A stretch of 62,987 nt of DNA from Ignavibacteriales bacterium CG07_land_8_20_14_0_80_59_12. GTDB taxonomy: Bacteria > Bacteroidota > Ignavibacteria > 0-14-0-80-59-12. Shown here in pieces: positions 61,112 to 62,987 of this stretch (the stretch's first letter is position 1; every line of letters starts with the position of its first letter). The translations under genes were made by a program, and so were the position numbers. The DNA lies in the NCBI GenBank assembly GCA_002779395.1, contig PEWR01000139.1, forward strand, positions 3,723 through 66,709. Reading direction: 5' to 3'. Under the pieces are notes generated by a model that was not told the origin of the DNA, did no database searches, and saw only the letters and a list, made by a program, of their open reading frames with translations.

Positions 61112-61888
61112 TTAAAGGTGGGCTCCATCTCTCCACTCCATTTTCTTTGCCTCCTCCCACAGCGCCTCCATCTCTTCGAGCGTTGAATCGTGGACGGTGG
61201 TTCCGCGTTCGGCGAGCTTCCCTTCGATGTACCTGAATCGCCTCGAGAACTTGTCGATCGTGGAACGAAGTGCGTTCTCGGGCGTCACATTGACGAACCG
61301 CGCGTAGTTGACAAGTGCGAAGAGAAGGTCTCCGTACTCCTCCTGAAGTCGTTCGGCGTTTCCTTCTGACGCCGATTCCTGCATCTCTCGAAGCTCCTCC
61401 TCAACTTTCTTCCATGCGTCCTCGGCTCGCCCCCAGTCGAAGCCGACGTTCGATACCTTCTCCTGCAGCCGCTGTGCCTTCAGGAGGGCAGGCATCGACT
61501 TCGGGATTCCCTCGATGACAGATTCCCTTCCTTCGGCTTTCTTCAACCTCTCCCAGTTCTGCTCCACTTCGGTATCGCTTGACACCCGAACGTCGCCGAA
61601 GACGTGGGGATGACGGTGGATGAGTTTCTCCGTGATCCCTGTGATTACGTCATCAAGCGAGAATGCCCGCTCCTCTTCCGCGATCACCGAGTGCATCGCG
61701 ATGTGAAGGAGGAGGTCGCCCAGCTCTTTCTTCAACTCCGGCAGGTCATGCCGGTCAACCGATTCGACTGCCTCGTATGCCTCCTCGATGAGGAGGTGTT
61801 TGATCGACTCATGTGTCTGCTCCCGGTCCCACGGGCATTCCTTCCGGAGCCTCCGCACGACCTCAACGAACTTATCGAAAGAATCCAT
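61112..61888 (-). CDS. mazG: nucleoside triphosphate pyrophosphohydrolase MazG
   Basis: CPWDREQTHESI, EEAYE, ELGDLLL and RHPHVF, with a second MazG repeat. ATG at 61888. Confidence 0.9.
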   Translation of the reverse strand: MDSFDKFVEVVRRLRKECPWDREQTHESIKHLLIEEAYEAVESVDRHDLPELKKELGDLLLHIAMHSVIAEEERAFSLDDVITGITEKLIHRHPHVFGDVRVSSDTEVEQNWERLKKAEGRESVIEGIPKSMPALLKAQRLQEKVSNVGFDWGRAEDAWKKVEEELREMQESASEGNAERLQEEYGDLLFALVNYARFVNVTPENALRSTIDKFSRRFRYIEGKLAERGTTVHDSTLEEMEALWEEAKKMEWRDGAHL

Positions 61889-62233
61889 GCACGCTCCCAT
61901 TAGGCGTTGTACGCTTCCATAGAAGCTAACGGGAGCATGGAAGAGAAGCAAAGTGCGCCCTCCTGTGCCCGGTGGCGATTCCCGGATACCTTTGAAGGGA
62001 CCCCGCGCGCACGCCCCCCGGAAGGAGGAGGCGAATTGACTTTCTCGTTTTGATGAGACATATTGAAGTGGTGCGCTGTTACTCGGTGCAGCTCAAAGCG
62101 CCGCCGAGCGATGTCTCGGGGTTCGATGAGCCCGGGATCGCCGGTGCCTGAAAGAACACGGGAAGTTGGAGGTTTTACCCGCAGCGCGATCAACACTGCG
62201 CTACTATAGATCACTCTGGGGGAGGGCCGTGCC

Positions 62234-62987
62234 ATGAAGCACCTCTCGCTTGCGCTGTCCCTGGCGGCGCTATCAGTCGTCCTTTTCACATCTCCAGCGC
62301 CGGGTCAGGGGAGCTGGAACGCACTTCTCGTTGTCCAACCCTATCCGTCCCCATACTTGAGTGACTGGCAGAGCAATCCGTCTATCGGATCGCTCACACT
62401 CCTCAACAACACGGGCAGGCTGGCACAGGTGAAGATATCGCTGAGCATCACACGGCGCGACGGTTCGCCTGTGGCAAACGGCACCGGCAGGCCGGTCACT
62501 GTCCCCCCCAATCCTCCGCCGCTCATCCTTAACTCGACTCAGTTCGCTGACTGGGGGTCTGTCGAATACGACCGGAGTGTGAAAGATATTGCCTACCGTG
62601 TTGGACGTTTCCCCGAAGGGGACTACCGCGCGTGTGTCCAGCTTCTTGATCTCTTCGACCGTCCCCTTCTTACCGGACCGGTATGCGCCGACTTCTCGAT
62701 CGTCTACCCCGACCCGCCGAATCTCATACTCCCTATCAACGGTGATACCCTCCGTACACAATACCCCCAGTTCGTGTGGACGCCTCTCCAGGTGCCCGTG
62801 CGCTACCAGTTGAAGTACGTTCTTCGGATCGTAGAATTGCTCCCCGGACAAGTCCCATCGCAGGCACTCGCAGCAAACGTCCCCCAGTACGAGAACAGCC
62901 AGCTCGTCACACCGAACCTTCAGTACCCGATTGATGCACTTCCACTCCAGCTTGGGAAGACGTACGCGTGGCAGGTCCAGTCCCTCG
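62234..62987 (+). CDS. hypothetical secreted protein, 3' end beyond the window edge
   Basis: From ATG at 62234 the frame stays open to the window end (251 codons, my translation). Signal MKHLSLALSLAALSVVLFTSPAPGQG. It is not in the ORF track because it has no stop. The 192-aa minus-strand ORF over it is a shadow. Confidence 0.65.
   Translation, partial: MKHLSLALSLAALSVVLFTSPAPGQGSWNALLVVQPYPSPYLSDWQSNPSIGSLTLLNNTGRLAQVKISLSITRRDGSPVANGTGRPVTVPPNPPPLILNSTQFADWGSVEYDRSVKDIAYRVGRFPEGDYRACVQLLDLFDRPLLTGPVCADFSIVYPDPPNLILPINGDTLRTQYPQFVWTPLQVPVRYQLKYVLRIVELLPGQVPSQALAANVPQYENSQLVTPNLQYPIDALPLQLGKTYAWQVQSL

Noticed and set aside
61900-62289. 129-aa minus-strand ORF, and possible ncRNA, in the 345-bp mazG / edge-ORF intergenic region.
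   Set aside because: The translation is low-complexity and there is no SD. I looked for SRP, tRNA and tmRNA-like motifs (GGAAGGAGG, GGTTCGATG) but could not build any conserved structure.
62273-62851. 192-aa minus-strand ORF from the track.
   Set aside because: It is antisense to a longer plus-strand frame that has a clear signal peptide and runs off the window. Treated as a shadow ORF.

Overview
High-GC (about 60-65% by eye, not computed) bacterial chromosome segment. It is almost entirely densely packed housekeeping genes. The gene content points to the FCB group (Bacteroidota/Rhodothermota/Ignavibacteriota-like): fused lpxC-fabZ, tandem skp/ompH after bamA, a T9SS-like C-terminal tail, and atpDC split from the rest of the atp operon; this placement is an inference. 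Core blocks are: purA-STAS-secDF; ppiD; aroK-aroB; hutI/ftcD/cyclodeaminase; gcvPB-rnc-fabF-acpP-fabG-fabD-fabH-plsX-rpmF-yceD; uppS-bamA-skp-skp-lpxD-lpxC/fabZ-lpxA; panB, surE; two phosphofructokinases; split hldE; tamB; rnr; atpDC; a methylmalonyl-CoA mutase large chain; a TrmH-family methyltransferase; mazG. Both window edges cut through exported-protein ORFs that are missing from the supplied track. The one clearly accessory stretch is about 16.3-24.6 kb. It holds a truncated, frameshifted IS21-family remnant peppered with five copies of a 22-bp unit repeat. Next comes a visibly AT-rich (about 35-40% G+C by eye) island of about 5.3 kb. After that lie a MauE-like gene fragment, a resident rhodanese-MauE pair and an rsmE remnant. 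The island encodes a membrane-anchored CPHC thioredoxin-fold protein and a stand-alone membrane-anchored C39 peptidase with its Gln/Cys/His/Asp catalytic residues. It also encodes a 95-aa Gly/Ala-rich 4-Cys peptide with a Sec-like signal followed by a double-glycine-leader-like motif, two polytopic membrane proteins, an ABC ATPase and a Yip1-like membrane protein. I consider this the best candidate for an undescribed system: peptide maturation that is Sec-dependent and completed in the periplasm by double-glycine cleavage. Every family assignment comes from motif recognition by eye. No searches were run.
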